Source of the DNA: Eledone cirrhosa | Taxonomy: Eukaryota | Direction: 5' to 3' | Length of the DNA: 64,000 bases | Assembly (NCBI GenBank): GCA_964016885.1 | Contig: OZ024745.1 | Location: 110,732,001 to 110,796,000 of the forward strand | Part shown: piece after piece, positions 60,520 through 64,000 of the stretch | Position numbering within the stretch: the stretch's first letter is position 1 | Layout: every line of letters starts with the position of its first letter | Notes under the pieces: generated by a model | The model's database searches: none | What the model saw: only the letters and a program-made list of their open reading frames with translations | What the model was told of the DNA's origin: nothing | Made by a program: the position numbers and the translations under genes

Positions 60520-61294
60520 TATATGTACACATACATACATATGTACATGTGTGTGTGTGTGGAATTGTCTTGCTCATGTCAAACACCTTTGCAGTTCATA
60601 AAAATGAATTAAATATAGTCTTTTGTGTATATCAAGAAAACATTGCTCATGTATGAATTGCATAGATTTTCACATGCTTATTATTTCTCTTTATTTGTGA
60701 GTGTAATGTGTATGTAAGCATCTAACACACACACATTCTCTCTCTCTCTCTCACACACACACATATGCACTCAACATACATATACAAACACACACTCACA
60801 CATTTTTTAGAATATGAAAACCATAATTTCTAAATGAAAGATTCTGTTTGTTTATGACTTGATTCTGTTTGTCAACGGAATGTATATTGTCATTAAAAAA
60901 AAATGTTACTTTATTCAATAAACACACATCCACATTCAAAAAAATATAATATATATTGTGCATGCATGTATTAACATTGAATGTTTTGAAAATAAAATGT
61001 CTTGTCTTAATTTATATTCACCAGTAATTGTTATTGAGCTCAGTATCAAGACGTATGGTTTCTCATTCTCAATCTACTGATTTTGTTTGTGCTTCAATCA
61101 GTGCAGCTGTACTTTGGTTTAAAAAAAAAAACCAATTGTGTCAATGACTCAAATCTTAATTTGTTATATAGATTAGCACCTGCCATGTAATATGTATGAG
61201 TGTGTGTGTGTGTGTGTGTATGGGTGTGTGTATGTATTTAAGTATGTGTATGTATTTAACTATGCATGTCTCTTTCTCTTAATTTTGTGTTTAT

Positions 61295-62215
61295 CTCTGA
61301 CTGGCCCCCTCTGGTGGCAAGATTGTAAAGAAAAGGAAATAGTTGTTGTCTCTTGTGTAAGCATTCATCCTGTGAATCATAAAAATGTTTTACAGATTTT
61401 GAAGGTTTCAAATATCTTGACCATTTGTAGCTTATGAATTAAGGAACGACTTCTTTCTCCTCAAATCAAAGCCAGCTATACTTTGGTCCAAGCCAGTTGG
61501 TATATACCTTGTAGCTTCAATAATGATGGGTAGAAAGCTGAACGTGTATCTTGGATACTGGATCTGCAACCTCTTCATAAATGATCCGTAGATATCCTCC
61601 TTCTCTTGCATTTTTCTTACCATGTGGGCAGCTGACTTCTACAACAGAGCATGTTTTTCAATGTGTGGTCCCAAACAACAATATCAGGCTGGTTGTACTT
61701 AATTTGGTGGCAGTTATTATTTATAGGTTCCACCAGTATTACTTTAAGCCATCAGTCTCAACATATTTCTTTCTATTTGATTTGATTTTACGTCTTCTGT
61801 AATGCATTCCAGGTTGTTCTAGCTACCACATCTTGCTTCATGAGGAGGTAGTAATGAGAAGTTATTTTTTCACAGTTGGCAATAATGTGGCCTACATTTA
61901 TCGTCAACCAATGACCTTTGCCTTTTGTGTAGTAGGAACTTGGTGGGGATTTCTTGTTCTCGGATTGCATGGAGGTATCCTTCAAGGTGGGATTTTATGA
62001 ACTTGTCAGAAGTCCATGTCAGGTTTTTAGTATGATTTAGTCCTTCTATGATCTGTGTTTTTTGGTTCAAGTACTCATATATACAACCTTCTCAGTGAAT
62101 TGGTCCATTTTAAAAATTTTGTTTGAGCATTGAGTAAAGTTTTCCAAATTTCTGGGAAAGAGATTAGGTTTTATTTCATGTCTCTCTTCTAGACCATTGG
62201 CTATCCTGACTATTA
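61295..62215 (-). mobile_element. Decayed R4/Dong-like non-LTR retrotransposon fragment (zinc knuckle plus restriction-like endonuclease region)
   Basis: Frameshifted peptides: EGYLHAIREQEIPTK..DDKCR; HIIANCEKI..YYL..DVVA; WWN; VVEVSCP; KEDIY..LPIIIEA. Confidence 0.7.
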
Positions 62216-62248
62216 TAATCTTCATGATATATGTTTGTATATATATAT

Positions 62249-62417
62249 AACAAAGGGGATATGGTAAGATACCAGGTGGACCATAACGCACCAGAGTACT
62301 CAATATTTAGGGTAGGAGAGTGCGTAATATGAAAAGAGTTAGGATCCCGACGGCTGAGTTCGGATTTAGCTGTCGAAACAGCCGGAGCTCAGCCATCGGG
62401 GCCCTGACTCTATTCAT
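62249..62417. mobile_element. 5'-inverted TA-embedded element (18.6-kb family)
   Basis: Shares 'ggaccataacgcac.agagtactcaata.ttag'; inverted arms around a hammerhead 3' half GAAA CAGC-cggagctca-GCCA TC. Confidence 0.65.
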
Positions 62418-64000
62418 ATATATATGTATATACGCGTGTGTGTGTGCATGTGTATGTAATTATGTGTCTGTGTGTGTGTTGTCGTCATATCCACTTCTTC
62501 CATTTTTGCACGGGTTGGACAAGTTTATATAATAAGTTTGATATAAAGACAGTGCATTATTTATTGCATTATTTATAATGTTACTGCATTGATTATGCCA
62601 TGACTTAGATAACAGTCATAACTAATAAACCATGTTAAATGATTAGTTATATTATTATTATATTACCAATAAGGTACAAATTGCTTTGTAATTTTTAGTT
62701 TGAAAATAACATGAATGATTTGATATCCTTTCTGGAAGAAAATTTATAGTGTATGCTATATTAATGGAATACTGTTAGATGTGTAAGTTCACTAATTCAT
62801 TTATATGATGATGATGATGATGAGTAAAATCTAAATAATTAAACAATCAACGAAGGTTTTTACCTCTATATTTGATAACCCCAAAATAACTAAGATCTCC
62901 ATATTGATATCTAATGAAAGGTTTATTGAATGAGTAAAATATTTTTGATAATGTATTGTTTTTAAAAGTACATGCTGCTAAAACCAGTTTCAGCAAAATT
63001 ATTTATTGCAATATATCATCGTCGTCATCATCATCATTATTATTATTTCCTGATTGCAGTTTTTCTTCTCTAGTTGTGCATGATTTCATTCTAAAGCACT
63101 CTCTCTGAATGTATTTTGATGAATATTTCATGATGTGGTATTTGAATTAAATCTTGTTTTGTTATGATGTCCTGATGGACTCTTGTGCACTGGGGCCTAA
63201 CAGCTCTTAAACAAGGCTGTATTCACAAGTTATTTCATTCTCTTTCTCTCTCATAGACACACTGTCTATCTCTGTCTCACACACACACTCCCTCTGTCTC
63301 ACACACACACACTCTCTCCCTCTCTTGTAAAACCAGCCATTTGTCACTGAACACATTGTCAAGGTGTGATCTGCCCATCAATCCTTTTAAATATAGTTAA
63401 TAATAAGTCTCTTGCGTGTATCAGGTAGTTGTCATTTCAGTTCAACTCAGTACACAATGTAAAATTCATGATATTACCCACAATTGATTATTTAGAATTG
63501 CTACAAAATTACATGTCTTTTTTTTTTTTATGTTTTTAATATTTTTGTGTCTTTGATGTATTCAGTTTTTAAACAAATGTATTTCCATTAGTAAACTAAA
63601 AGTTTCCCTTTGAAAGTTACATATACACTTTATTTCAGATAATATACTGCATTTAAAAAAAAAAAAACTTGAGTGCAATTTAAATATTCAATTTTCTTAA
63701 TTAGTATCCCAGAAAGTTTATTTTGAAGGCTTATATATTCATTATCCTTCATACGGGTCTCAATATTTTGAAACAATTTATCTAGTTGAATTTTGAAATC
63801 CATTAATGTATTTGCAATAGATAGAATGTATTAACATATTTTTATTTTATGATTTATGAAGCTTTGGTTTATACTTTACTTTCCTCAGGGAAAAATGGAG
63901 AAAATTAAGGTGCATGTATTGATTTACTTTCAAATATTTTTCAATTTGTTTGTAAATTGCTATATGTTCCTTAATTTGCCACACTTAGTTTAGAAAATTC

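Overview
Very AT-rich, repeat-dominated eukaryotic DNA with no recognisable host protein-coding gene. Nearly all ORF calls are translations of (TA)n/(TG)n microsatellites. The repeat repertoire (tRNA-head CORE-type SINEs, (GAT)n-tailed SINE/RTE ends, huge TA arrays) suggests a coleoid cephalopod such as Octopus; this is an inference. Recognisable elements are several tRNA-derived SINE families, 3' fragments of RTE, Tx1/L1-type and R4/RLE-type LINEs, a non-autonomous Helitron, TTAA piggyBac-like MITEs and a mariner-like MITE. The main signal is a dozen or more short (80-560 bp) non-coding inserts sitting inside (TA)n arrays. They belong to several mostly dissimilar families, yet carry complete, decayed or partial type I hammerhead ribozyme motifs (stem I-CUGAnGA-stem II-GAAA-short, often palindromic stem III-UH-stem I'). 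They are frequently folded back into long palindromes, and they share a GAGTRCT motif about 35-65 nt from their 3' TA junction. This fits truncated or non-autonomous Penelope-like retroelements targeted to (TA)n. All structures were read by eye; none were computed.
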